NCBI GenBank assembly: GCA_016214845.1
Contig: JACRMS010000032.1
Span: 18,655 to 82,654, forward strand
DNA from: Nitrospirota bacterium
GTDB taxonomy: Bacteria > Nitrospirota > Thermodesulfovibrionia > UBA6902
Length of the DNA stretch: 64,000 bases
Reading direction: 5' to 3'
Position 1 is the stretch's first letter. Every line of letters starts with the position of its first letter. Shown one piece after another: positions 8,871-19,044 of the stretch. The position numbers and the translations under genes are program-made. A model generated the notes under the pieces. It searched no databases. It saw only the letters and a program-made list of their open reading frames with translations, and was not told where the DNA came from.

Positions 8871-10340
8871 TTACACCATCTCTTTCCGATATTTACTCAT
8901 GGAAGCGAGCATCTCCCTGCACTTCTCCGCCTCTTGAGTTTTCTTCCTCTTCTCATATCCCTTGGTAAGTATATTCAGCTTCCTTGTAAGGACGTCGATG
9001 ATCTTTTCTCTGAATTCGGGATGCGGCTCGTTCTCTAATAGTTTCATTAATGATCTGGCCCTGAACATATCCATTGCGGGATACTTCCGCGAAAGCTGGT
9101 CCTCGTGACCGCCGTATTTAATGACGGACAAACCGGGCTCAAGCCCGACCGGGTGATGCCTTGATATCTTTAACCACAAGTCATAATCCTCACACACTAA
9201 AAGGCCCTCATCAAATAATCCGTAACGTTCAAGCAGGGATCTCTTTACAAGAACTCCTGATGGCGAGACAAGACATCTCTCAAGGGATTGCTCCCATATC
9301 CAGCCTTCCGGCTTTTTGTGATGCATGCAGGGATTAACACGCACGCCGTTTCTTATCCACATTTCCTCCGATTGCAGGATTTGATAAAAAGGACATCTCG
9401 TGAGATATGCGATCTGGTTTTTCAGTTTGTCTTTTTCCCAGCAGTCATCGGAATCCAGAAAAGCAATCCACTCTGTCTTTGCGTATTTGACACCTTCATT
9501 TCTTGCCCTTGACGGCCCTGAGTTTTCGGACAGGAAAACGCAGGTCAGCTTATCGCCGTAGCTTTTCAGTATCTCCTGCGTGCCGTCGGTGGAACAGTCG
9601 TCAACAACGATGATCTCTTCAGGTTGCAGTGATTGAGACAGTATGGAATCAATTGCACGCCTGATTGTATGCGGCCGGTTGTGGACAGGAATAATAACGG
9701 TCACTCTGTGATCGTCCCTGATAAAGCTGAAAAGCTTTTTTACCTCTCCGGCGAAAAGTTCAACGTTCCTGTTGAAATCGGAGAAGGTGTTATGGTCTGA
9801 ATGGTCAGTGCTGAATTTCAGGCAGTGGAAGCTGATCTTAGCATCATGAAATACCTTTGCCTGCGCATAACATTCCATATCGATCGCCTCGTGTCCTTTC
9901 AATGATTCGGGCAGATCATTTATTGAAGGCTTCATGACGCTGATCAGCGAGCGGACATTTATCATCTTTTCAGGATGCGGAACAGGAAGCCTCGTGTCTA
10001 ACTTCAGCATGTCGCCTTCTTCATTTGCGACATGCTCAGGAATTAGCCATTTGCCAAGCGGGTATTTTTTATTTATTACACCGCATGTGCCGATGTTAAA
10101 GACGAACAGTGGATTCAGGTTATCACGCACATAGCGCGCGGCCTCTTCGCTTGCCTTATAACCTGCGCCGGTTATTACAACCATAATTCCCGATGAACTG
10201 CGCTGATCAAGCGCCCCTGCCTTAAGGGCTGTAAGAGTGTGTACGGGAATGCCGCGAGATGCAAGCCAGTCTTTCGGGACCTCTTTTTTCAGGGCAGCGG
10301 TGATGATGAGTTTGAAAGATTGGGATGTCAGTTTTGTCAT
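8871..10340 (-). CDS. Fusion protein: N-terminal PNP_UDP_1 (MTA/SAH-nucleosidase-like phosphorylase) domain + C-terminal family-2 glycosyltransferase domain
   Basis: N-terminal ITGAGYKASEEAA...IDMECYA nucleosidase-like. C-terminal VIIPVHNRPHTIRRAIDSILSQS...LDSDD (GT2 DxD). The ATG at 10340 overlaps the bpt stop (ATGA); an alternative ATG is at 10364. Confidence 0.6.
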   Translation of the reverse strand: MTKLTSQSFKLIITAALKKEVPKDWLASRGIPVHTLTALKAGALDQRSSSGIMVVITGAGYKASEEAARYVRDNLNPLFVFNIGTCGVINKKYPLGKWLIPEHVANEEGDMLKLDTRLPVPHPEKMINVRSLISVMKPSINDLPESLKGHEAIDMECYAQAKVFHDAKISFHCLKFSTDHSDHNTFSDFNRNVELFAGEVKKLFSFIRDDHRVTVIIPVHNRPHTIRRAIDSILSQSLQPEEIIVVDDCSTDGTQEILKSYGDKLTCVFLSENSGPSRARNEGVKYAKTEWIAFLDSDDCWEKDKLKNQIAYLTRCPFYQILQSEEMWIRNGVRVNPCMHHKKPEGWIWEQSLERCLVSPSGVLVKRSLLERYGLFDEGLLVCEDYDLWLKISRHHPVGLEPGLSVIKYGGHEDQLSRKYPAMDMFRARSLMKLLENEPHPEFREKIIDVLTRKLNILTKGYEKRKKTQEAEKCREMLASMSKYRKEMV

Positions 10341-11074
10341 TGTCCCTTTAAGTGGTCCTGCCATTGATCATTCCTGTAGATCTGGTTGGGACGGAAAAAC
10401 TTTTTATAGCGCATCTTCGGATTTTCTTCTATATAAAATCCAAGATAGAGATATTTCTTCCCCATTTCCCGCGCGAGGTAAATTTCCTGGATAATGCTGA
10501 ACACGCCGGGCCTCCTGTCAAGATGATCAGTGTCATAGTAAAAGTAATTGGACGAAAGCGAATCCTCTGCCTCATCAACGATCCCTACAGCTATAAGCTT
10601 TTCCCCGCAGTAATAATCCATTTCGATTATGTGATCGTAACCTGAATGCATTGCAAGAAGAAAAGGCAGGGGACTGCGTGTTTCTTCTTTCTTGTCATCC
10701 TTATGCTTCACGGCTATGTATTTATCGTAAAGCGCGACCTTCTCCGGGGTGATGGACGGTCTTGGTTGGACTTCCACACGGATGTCTTTATTTTTACCGA
10801 GGGTCCTTTTCTGGCTTCTGCTCAATTGAAATTTTTCAGCTTCAATATGCAGGGGGATGCAGGCTGAACATGCCTTGCAGACATTGCGGTAAAATACGCT
10901 CCCGATACGCCTGTACCCTTTTGACAGAAGCTCGTGAAAGTTATGGCTGCGCTTCTTTGCGGGGATGAAATATTCTGTTGAAGATATTCTTCCGTCATCG
11001 AAGTACGGGCAGGGGGAATCCTCTGTGAATAAAATCTCGGTGTCTGTCCTTTGCTTTAACTGGTTCTCCGTCAC
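10337..11074 (-). CDS. bpt: Arginyl-tRNA--protein transferase-family enzyme (bacterial Bpt, aspartate/glutamate leucyltransferase)
   Basis: 245 aa. ATE_N and ATE_C signatures (DSPCPYFDDG, CKACSACIPLHIE). Confidence 0.7.
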   Translation of the reverse strand: MTENQLKQRTDTEILFTEDSPCPYFDDGRISSTEYFIPAKKRSHNFHELLSKGYRRIGSVFYRNVCKACSACIPLHIEAEKFQLSRSQKRTLGKNKDIRVEVQPRPSITPEKVALYDKYIAVKHKDDKKEETRSPLPFLLAMHSGYDHIIEMDYYCGEKLIAVGIVDEAEDSLSSNYFYYDTDHLDRRPGVFSIIQEIYLAREMGKKYLYLGFYIEENPKMRYKKFFRPNQIYRNDQWQDHLKGQ

Positions 11075-11226
11075 ATGTTTATTTTACAGCAATCCGGCGT
11101 CTTGAAGTCTTGTCCTGCAATCAATATAATATAACCGGCTCTTGGGAAGAAATTTCAAATCTTGTCTTTAAAAACTTTTCACCCCCATTCGGGGGAACAC
11201 ATATCTTTTGAGGGGAGAATATTGTT

Positions 11227-12849
11227 ATGAGGGGACATCGTATCACTTTAGTTGCGGCAGTATGTTTTTTTCTTCATCTTTCAACATCAACAATCCACGC
11301 AGGTATCGAAGAGAAAATCTGGAAGGATGTAAGCAGCGGTATCAGCGATCCGGGACTGCAAAGAGCGGCGATTGGTCGTGACAATGCGGACACCGTTTAC
11401 GTCAGCTCTGCCCATGCTGTTTATAAAACTTCAAATGGCGGGGAAAAATGGGTGGAGATTTTCAGAAGCACCGTAAACATTGTAAATGCCGTTGCCGTAG
11501 ATCCAGGTAATTCAATGACTGTATTTATTGGAACTCAGGAAGGGCTGTATAAAAGCAAAAACGGCGGGAAGAGTTGGGAAAGGGTATTCAGGGGGGTCGC
11601 GGAGCTTGAGAATTTTGTTCTTTCAATCGCTGTTCATCCTGAACTTTCCGGTGTTGTATATATCGGCACAGACTCCGGGATCTACCGGACGGGTAATTTT
11701 GGAAATGAGTGGACAAAGCTGCGGAGCCTGCCTGAAGAATCCGCGGCGGCTTCTATTATTATTGACCCCTCCGGGCCGGGAAAAATTTACGCTGCAACAG
11801 ACAAAGGGCTTTTTAAAAGTATCAACAACGGTATCGATTGGCAGAGAATCCTTGTGAAGATCTCATCTGAAAATGAGGAGGTGCAGTCAATTGTTGATGA
11901 GGCGATAGAGGCCGATGAACTTAAAGGCGAGACAAAGATAAGAAGCATTGCCGTTGATACATCCGACAATAAAATAATTTACGCCGGCACAACAGCAGGC
12001 CTTTTAATCACCACAGATGAAGGCGCAACATGGAATGCGGCAGGCAGGTCGGGGTTGACCAGCCGTGATATACGCTATCTCGCAGTCAGTTCAAAAGACC
12101 CTGACAGCATTTATGCGGCAACTGGCAGGGGAGTATTCGCGTATTCAAAAACATCCAAAAGCTGGAACGAGCTTTATAGCGGTATGATTTCTCAAGACGC
12201 GCGTTATCTCGCGGTCGCTTCAAATCCCCAGGACCATAATATAACTCTGTGGGCGGTGACAAAAAATGGAGTGTATAAAACATCAGCGAAACAGGATGCC
12301 GGCCCCGCGGGCGATGGGGTGAAGACCGAAAATGTCCTTTCTAAATTTGCGTATGAACCCTCAATAGAGGAGATCAGGGAGGCTGCCATAATGTATGCCG
12401 AGGTGCAACCAGATAAAATAAATGAATGGAGAAAGGCGGCGGCGGCCAGGGCTTTGCTGCCGCAATTAAGGTTTGAATACCAGAAGAATATCGATTGGCA
12501 GAAGGAAGACCATTTCTACGATAGCGACCATAAAATAGATGATTTTACCAGCACTGATGACAAGGCATGGTCTGTCTCTGTCACATGGGAGCTTGGTGAC
12601 CTTGTATGGAATGATTCCCAGACCTCAATCGATGCAAGGTCAAGGCTTATGGTCCAGTTAAGGGATGACGTCCTGAATGAGGTCACGAGGCTTTATTTTG
12701 AGAGAAGGAAATTGCAGATAGCCATGCTCCTTTCGCCTACCGCAGAGATCAATGAAAAGATCGAAAAAGAACTCCGCCTGCAAGAACTGACAGCGGACAT
12801 TGACGCCATGACAGGCTCATATCTTTCAAAAAGACTCAATAAACAGTAA
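11227..12849 (+). CDS. Secreted BNR/Ycf48-like repeat protein with uncharacterised ~170-aa C-terminal domain
   Basis: Signal peptide; six SxxxGxxW-type BNR repeats (TSNGGEKW, SKNGGKSW, TGNFGNEW, SINNGIDW, TTDEGATW, SKTSKSW). Confidence 0.6.
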   Translation: MRGHRITLVAAVCFFLHLSTSTIHAGIEEKIWKDVSSGISDPGLQRAAIGRDNADTVYVSSAHAVYKTSNGGEKWVEIFRSTVNIVNAVAVDPGNSMTVFIGTQEGLYKSKNGGKSWERVFRGVAELENFVLSIAVHPELSGVVYIGTDSGIYRTGNFGNEWTKLRSLPEESAAASIIIDPSGPGKIYAATDKGLFKSINNGIDWQRILVKISSENEEVQSIVDEAIEADELKGETKIRSIAVDTSDNKIIYAGTTAGLLITTDEGATWNAAGRSGLTSRDIRYLAVSSKDPDSIYAATGRGVFAYSKTSKSWNELYSGMISQDARYLAVASNPQDHNITLWAVTKNGVYKTSAKQDAGPAGDGVKTENVLSKFAYEPSIEEIREAAIMYAEVQPDKINEWRKAAAARALLPQLRFEYQKNIDWQKEDHFYDSDHKIDDFTSTDDKAWSVSVTWELGDLVWNDSQTSIDARSRLMVQLRDDVLNEVTRLYFERRKLQIAMLLSPTAEINEKIEKELRLQELTADIDAMTGSYLSKRLNKQ

Positions 12850-12870
12850 TAAAAAGGGCAAAAGTGCCAT

Positions 12871-12934
12871 AGAGCAAAAGTTCAAAAGTAAAGCTTTTCA
12901 CGCTTCTGCGCTTTTGTACTTTTGCTCTTTTTTT
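12871..12934. terminator. Bidirectional rho-independent terminator between convergent BNR-protein gene and guaA
   Basis: AGAGCAAAAGT (12871-81) pairs with ACTTTTGCTCT (12918-28), followed by TTTTTT. A second small hairpin GGCAAAAGTGCC at 12858-68 is preceded by a T-run on the opposite strand. Confidence 0.55.
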
Positions 12935-12947
12935 CATGGCTCTGTTA

Positions 12948-14555
12948 TTACTCCCACTCGATAGTGCTCGGTGGTTTTGAGCTGATGTCAAACACAACGC
13001 GGTTGATGCCTTTTACTTCGTTAATGATCCTGTTGGAGATTATGCCTAAAACCTCGTAGGGGAGTTTTGCCCAGTCGGCGGTCATCCCGTCCACGCTCTT
13101 AACCGCCCTGACGGCGACAACATTTTCATAAGTCCTCTCGTCGCCCATGACCCCGACGGTCTTGATGGGAAGAAGGACGGCAAATGCCTGCCATATCTCG
13201 TGATAAAGCCCGGCCTTCTTTATCTCCTCAAGGACAATGTCGTCGGCCTTGCGTAATATCTCGGCCCTCTGGGGAGTAACTTCATCTATGATCCTTATTG
13301 CAAGCCCGGGCCCGGGAAACGGATGGCGGCTGATAATTTCATCAGGCATCCCAAGCTCCCTGCCAAGAACTCTCACCTCGTCCTTGAAAAGCTCTCTGAG
13401 CGGCTCAATGAGCTTAAGCTTCATGTCCTTCAACAGCCCGCCGACATTATGATGGCTTTTTATTGTGGCTGACGGCCCCTTGAATGAGGTGCTTTCTATA
13501 ACATCGGGATAAAGCGTGCCCTGCGCAAGGTATTTCGCGTCTTTGATCTTCAAGGCCACTTCCTCAAACACATGTATAAATTCATTGCCGATGATCTTTC
13601 TTTTCTTCTCAGGGTCGGTGACGCCCTTTAATTTTTTCATGAATCTCGTTGAGGCGTCAACGCAGATGATATTCATGTGGAAATGTTTCTTCAACATGCC
13701 TTCGACCTTCTCCGCCTCTTTATATCTCAGGACGCCGTTGTCTACGAATATGCAGGTAAGCTGCTTGCCGATGGCCCTGTTGATCAGGACCGCCGTCACA
13801 GCGGAATCAACGCCGCCGCTTATCGCGCAGACTACTTTGTCCCTGCCGACCTTTTCCCTGATCGCCAGAGTTGTCGTTTCGATAAACGAGTGCATCGTCC
13901 ATTTCGGCCTGCACTTGCAGACGGTGAATATGAAATTGCGGAGGACCTTTGTGCCGTTGTCCGTGTGCGCTACCTCGGGATGAAATTGCAGTGCGTAGAA
14001 TTTTCTGGCCTTGTCCGCCATGGCCGCGATAGGGGAATTGCCCGTGTGGGCGATGGGAACAAAACCCTTAGGCGGTTTCACGATCTTATCACCATGACTC
14101 ATCCAGACGACAGTGACGGGTGATGGGTGACGGGTAACGGTCTTTTTTACTTCTGTCTTCTGTCTTCTGCCTTCTGTCTTCTGCTTTATTATTCCTTTAA
14201 GTAAATCCGCATCGTCGTCAATCGCCAGCTCAGCGCGCCCGTATTCTCTCTTTGCCGACTTTGCGACCTTTCCGCCAAGACAGTGGGCCATAAGCTGCAT
14301 ACCGTAGCAAATCCCAAGGACCGGGACCCCGAGTTCAAAGATTTTCTTGTCCGATATGGGAGCGTTTTTATCGTAGACGCTTGAAGGTCCGCCCGAAAGG
14401 ATTATCCCTTTCGGGGCAAACTCCCTGATCCTCTCGATGGTGACGTTGTACGGCAGTATCTCGGAATATACCTTCTGCTCCCTCACCCTTCGCGCGATGA
14501 GCTGGGTATATTGCGAGCCGAAATCAAGTATAAGTATTTTTTCTTTGAAGTCCAT
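12948..14555 (-). CDS. guaA: GMP synthase (glutamine-hydrolysing)
   Basis: 535 aa. GATase (GICYGMQ) and ATP-PPase (SGGVDSAV) domains with a conserved C-terminus. Contains a ~14-aa insertion, relative to E. coli GuaA, encoded by heptanucleotide repeats. Confidence 0.9.
   Translation of the reverse strand: MDFKEKILILDFGSQYTQLIARRVREQKVYSEILPYNVTIERIREFAPKGIILSGGPSSVYDKNAPISDKKIFELGVPVLGICYGMQLMAHCLGGKVAKSAKREYGRAELAIDDDADLLKGIIKQKTEGRRQKTEVKKTVTRHPSPVTVVWMSHGDKIVKPPKGFVPIAHTGNSPIAAMADKARKFYALQFHPEVAHTDNGTKVLRNFIFTVCKCRPKWTMHSFIETTTLAIREKVGRDKVVCAISGGVDSAVTAVLINRAIGKQLTCIFVDNGVLRYKEAEKVEGMLKKHFHMNIICVDASTRFMKKLKGVTDPEKKRKIIGNEFIHVFEEVALKIKDAKYLAQGTLYPDVIESTSFKGPSATIKSHHNVGGLLKDMKLKLIEPLRELFKDEVRVLGRELGMPDEIISRHPFPGPGLAIRIIDEVTPQRAEILRKADDIVLEEIKKAGLYHEIWQAFAVLLPIKTVGVMGDERTYENVVAVRAVKSVDGMTADWAKLPYEVLGIISNRIINEVKGINRVVFDISSKPPSTIEWE
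14112..14183. repeat. Two adjacent heptanucleotide tandem-repeat arrays inside guaA (4x GTGAYGG, 5x CTTCTGY)
   Basis: gtgacgg gtgatgg gtgacgg gtaacgg ... cttctgt cttctgt cttctgc cttctgt cttctgc. Encodes [26 protein letters not shown] on the minus strand. Confidence 0.8.
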
Positions 14556-14589
14556 GGATCCGTGAAAGAACCGCTTATTTCATTAATAA

Positions 14590-14623
14590 GCCTGCTGTAT
14601 ACCGTTAAAGAGTCTACAGCAGG
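14590..14623 (-). terminator. Stem-loop between tRNA-Glu and guaA: probable terminator of the tRNA transcript, or a guaA leader structure
   Basis: Perfect 10-bp stem GCCTGCTGTA/TACAGCAGGC with a 15-nt loop, followed on the sense strand by TTATTAAT. Confidence 0.45.
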
Positions 14624-14636
14624 CCGTGAATTTTCA

Positions 14637-14714
14637 TGGCGTCCCCAAAGGGATTCGAACCCTTGTTACCGCCGTGAAAGGGCGATGTCCTAGGCCGGGC
14701 TAGACGATGGGGAC
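14637..14714 (-). tRNA. tRNA-Glu (anticodon UUC)
   Basis: Reverse complement GTCCCCATCGTCTAGCCCGGCCTAGGACATCGCCCTTTCACGGCGGTAACAAGGGTTCGAATCCCTTTGGGGACGCCA. Anticodon loop CTTTCAC; CCA encoded. Confidence 0.8.
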
Positions 14715-14716
14715 AC

Positions 14717-14792
14717 TGGTGAGCCGCGTTGGATTCGAACCAACGACCCACGCCTTAAAAGGGCGTTGCTCTACCTACTGAGCTAGCGGCCC
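14717..14792 (-). tRNA. tRNA-Lys (anticodon UUU)
   Basis: Reverse complement GGGCCGCTAGCTCAGTAGGTAGAGCAACGCCCTTTTAAGGCGTGGGTCGTTGGTTCGAATCCAACGCGGCTCACCA. Anticodon loop CTTTTAA; CCA encoded. Confidence 0.85.
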
Positions 14793-14828
14793 TTTTTAAA
14801 AGGGCTTAATCCGTTACCCGGTAATAAC

Positions 14829-14846
14829 GGACAATTAGTATAGCAA
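14829..14846 (-). promoter_or_regulatory. Candidate extended -10 promoter (TGCTATACT) for the tRNA-Lys/tRNA-Glu transcript
   Basis: Minus-strand TGnTATACT about 40 nt upstream of the tRNA-Lys 5' end; no good -35. Confidence 0.3.
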
Positions 14847-14857
14847 AAAGTTTAATT

Positions 14858-14889
14858 AAAAAAAAACAGGCTTAGTTTTAGCGCTAAGC
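14858..14889 (-). terminator. Rho-independent terminator downstream of purA (end of serC-serA-purA transcript)
   Basis: Minus-strand GCTTAG-CGCTAAAA-CTAAGC hairpin followed by CTGTTTTTTTTT. Confidence 0.55.
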
Positions 14890-14949
14890 AGTCAGTAAAT
14901 GTATTTTATAATTTGATTTACTCGTTACACGCTACCAGTCAGTCATGCG

Positions 14950-16296
<1,347 letters not shown>

Positions 16297-16300
16297 TTAA

Positions 16301-17911
16301 TTAGACAGGCAGATGAATCTGCTTTACTGAAAGGATATTCGGAAGTTTCTTGATCTCGGAAAGGACCTCTTTTGAAACGGGCGCGTCAACACTGACGACC
16401 GATATGGACTTGCCGCCCTGTTTTTCCCTTCCGAACTGCATCCGTGCAATATTTATATTATGCTTGGCTAACACAGTCCCTATGCCGCCGATCACGCCGG
16501 GCTTGTCGTTGTTCGACAGCACCAGCATTTCCCCTTCGGGCACAACCTCAACCGGGAAATTGTTGATCGCTATGATGCGCGGTTCCTTTTTTCCGTAAAG
16601 GACACCCGCGACCATGCTTTCTTTCGCTCCTGATTTTATCTTGATGATTATCATGTTGTGATAGTCCCCGGCCTCGCCGGTGGTGATCTCTTTTAACGTT
16701 ATCCCTCTTTCCTTAGCGATCAAAGGGGCGTTGATAAAATTTACCGTCTCTTCAAGGATTGGGGTCAAAACACCTTTTAACGCTGCAACGGTTACCGGCT
16801 CCAATGAAAGCCCCGCGACCTCGCCGCGGTATTCTATGGTAATGCTTTCAATGCCTCCGTCAAAAATCTGCGAGAGGAAGCTTCCCATCTTTTCCGCGAG
16901 ATCTATATAAGGCTGCATAAGGGGCCGCATGTCTGCCGAGACAGACGGGAAATTGACCGCGTTTCTGATCGTTCCATAAAGCAGATAATCAACGATCTGA
17001 TGGGAAACCGCTATGGCAACATTCTCCTGCGCGTCTTCAGTTGATGCCCCGAGATGAGGGGTGCAGATGAAATTATCAAGCTCAAGAAGCGGGGATTCGC
17101 CCGGCGGCTCTTTTTCAAATACATCAAGGGCGGCGGCGGCAACATGACCTGATTTCAACGCGTCATGCAGCGCCTTTTCGTCAACAATGCCTCCGCGCGA
17201 TGCGTTAATGATCCTCACGCCTTTTTTCATTATGCCGATGCTTTTGGCGTTTATCATATTTCTTGTTTCATTTGTCATCGGGACGTGAATGGTGATGAAA
17301 TCGGATGTCTTTATCAACTCGTCCAGATCCACTACAGTCACTCCGAGGGTCTTTGCCTTTTCCTCGCTTAAAAACGGGTCATACGTTATGACCTTCATGC
17401 CCATTCCAAGCGCTATCTTTGCGACATGAGCGCCTATATTTCCGAGTCCGATGATCCCGAGGGTCTTATTGCAAAGCTCAACGCCCATGAACTTCTTCTT
17501 TTCCCATTTGCCCTGTTTCATAGAGGCGGTGGCCTGAGGTATCTGCCGCGCCATGGAAAAGAGCAACGCCATTGTGTGCTCAGCGGTTGTGACCGTGTTT
17601 CCTCCAGGGGTGTTCATCACGACAATGCCCTGTTTTGTGGCGGCAGTCTTGTCAACATTATCGAGCCCTGATCCTGCGCGCCCGATAACTTTTAATTTTT
17701 TTGCGTGCTCCACAATATCTGTGGTCACCTTTGTAGCGCTGCGGACCACGAGGGCATCATAATTGCCGATTTCTTTTTTCAGCTCCTCGGGCGGCATACC
17801 TGTTTTTACATCGACAGTCAGCCCCGCCTTTTTCAGTATGTCCACACCCTTAGGGGAGATGTTGTCGCTGACAAGTACTTTTAATTCTTTCTGCTCAATG
17901 CTTTTCTTCAT
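16301..17911 (-). CDS. serA: D-3-phosphoglycerate dehydrogenase (long form with ASB and ACT domains)
   Basis: 536 aa, 2-hydroxyacid dehydrogenase NAD-binding GLGNIG motif, C-terminal ACT domain. Confidence 0.85.
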   Translation of the reverse strand: MKKSIEQKELKVLVSDNISPKGVDILKKAGLTVDVKTGMPPEELKKEIGNYDALVVRSATKVTTDIVEHAKKLKVIGRAGSGLDNVDKTAATKQGIVVMNTPGGNTVTTAEHTMALLFSMARQIPQATASMKQGKWEKKKFMGVELCNKTLGIIGLGNIGAHVAKIALGMGMKVITYDPFLSEEKAKTLGVTVVDLDELIKTSDFITIHVPMTNETRNMINAKSIGIMKKGVRIINASRGGIVDEKALHDALKSGHVAAAALDVFEKEPPGESPLLELDNFICTPHLGASTEDAQENVAIAVSHQIVDYLLYGTIRNAVNFPSVSADMRPLMQPYIDLAEKMGSFLSQIFDGGIESITIEYRGEVAGLSLEPVTVAALKGVLTPILEETVNFINAPLIAKERGITLKEITTGEAGDYHNMIIIKIKSGAKESMVAGVLYGKKEPRIIAINNFPVEVVPEGEMLVLSNNDKPGVIGGIGTVLAKHNINIARMQFGREKQGGKSISVVSVDAPVSKEVLSEIKKLPNILSVKQIHLPV

Positions 17912-17958
17912 ATTTTTCTCTCTTTGTCAGGAAGGGCGCGTTGAACGTGCCCCTGCAA

Positions 17959-19044
17959 TTACCCGTTCTTCTTTTGAAATTCCTGCATAAATGTTATCAA
18001 GGCGTCAACGCCCTCTTCCGGCATGGCGTTGTAAATGCTGGCCCTCATGCCGCCGACGCTGCGATGGCCTTTAAGCGCTACTAATCCGGCGGCCTTTGCC
18101 CCTTCAATAAATTTATTGTCGAGTTCAGCATTCTTCAGGGTAAACGGTATGTTCATCCATGAGCGGTATTGCGGATCGACCGGATTTTTATAAAACCCGG
18201 ACTTATCAATAGCGGCATAAAGCTTATCAGCCTTGCGCTTATTTATCTCCGCCATCTCCGTCAGGCCGCCCTTTCTCTTTATCCATTCAAACACCAGCCC
18301 TGCGATATACCATGCGTAAGTAGGCGGCGTGTTGTACATGGAATCATTTTCCGCGTGTGTCTTGTAAGTGAACATAACAGGCGTTCCGGGAAGCGGATCG
18401 CCGATCAGGTCTTCTCTGATGACCACGATCGTCAAACCGGCGGGACCTATATTCTTCTGAGCTCCAGCATAGATGAGGCCGAATTTAGACACATCGATCG
18501 GACGTGAGAGGACCGTTGAAGACATGTCGGCAACAATCGGGACCTTGCCCGCGTCCGGGATGGAATCGAACTCCACTCCGCCGATGGTTTCATTTGGCGT
18601 GTAATGAACATATGCGGCATCCGGATTGAGTTTCCAATCAGATCTCGGCGGCACGGTTGTGAAATTTTTGGCCTCGCTCGTTGCAACGACATTCACTGTG
18701 CAGTAACGCTTGGCCTCTGAGATCGCCTTCTTTGACCATTGCCCTGTATTGATATAATCAGCGGTCTTTTTATCACGCAATAAATTCATGGGTATCATCG
18801 CAAACTGGGTTGACGCACCGCCTTGAAGGAAAAGGACTTTGTAATTATTGGGAATTCCCATTATTTCCCTCAGGTCTGTTTCAGCCTTTTTGGCGATGGA
18901 GATATATTCCTTGCCCCTGTGGCTCATCTCCATTACGGACATGCCGCTTCCGCGCCAGTCAAGCATCTCGGAGGCGGCCTGCTCCAAAACTTCCTGCGGC
19001 AGCATTGCCGGCCCTGCGCTGAAATTAAATACGCGTGACATCAT
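17959..19044 (-). CDS. serC: Phosphoserine aminotransferase
   Basis: The FNFSAGPAMLP N-terminus is typical of SerC. The ATG at 19044 has AAGGGG upstream; the ORF-track start is 19071. Confidence 0.85.
   Translation of the reverse strand: MMSRVFNFSAGPAMLPQEVLEQAASEMLDWRGSGMSVMEMSHRGKEYISIAKKAETDLREIMGIPNNYKVLFLQGGASTQFAMIPMNLLRDKKTADYINTGQWSKKAISEAKRYCTVNVVATSEAKNFTTVPPRSDWKLNPDAAYVHYTPNETIGGVEFDSIPDAGKVPIVADMSSTVLSRPIDVSKFGLIYAGAQKNIGPAGLTIVVIREDLIGDPLPGTPVMFTYKTHAENDSMYNTPPTYAWYIAGLVFEWIKRKGGLTEMAEINKRKADKLYAAIDKSGFYKNPVDPQYRSWMNIPFTLKNAELDNKFIEGAKAAGLVALKGHRSVGGMRASIYNAMPEEGVDALITFMQEFQKKNG

Noticed and set aside
8871-10340. Interpretation of the PNP/GT2 fusion as hopanoid HpnG/HpnI or futalosine MqnB
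   Set aside because: No squalene-hopene cyclase, B12-radical SAM HpnH/HpnJ, or Mqn genes are nearby. The nearby radical SAM is SplB-type. Cytoplasmic PBP-fold protein 5066-6004 looks NMT1/SsuA-like rather than clearly MqnA/MqnD.
13677-14123. Numerous antisense or alternate-frame ORFs of 60-240 aa overlapping well-supported genes, for example 550-798(-), 1207-1593(-), 13677-14123(+), 23921-24445(-), 27067-27783(-), 37324-37743(-), 38309-38917(-), 44810-45307(+), 48247-48816(+)
   Set aside because: They lie inside genes with strong homology-type signatures on the other strand or frame. They have no RBS context and no recognisable motifs. They are typical GC-rich-frame artefacts.
14112-14183. 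Possible CRISPR-like repeat array
   Set aside because: Units are 7 nt with no spacers, and the array sits in-frame inside guaA. It is a microsatellite-type tandem repeat, not a CRISPR array. No cas genes are in the window.
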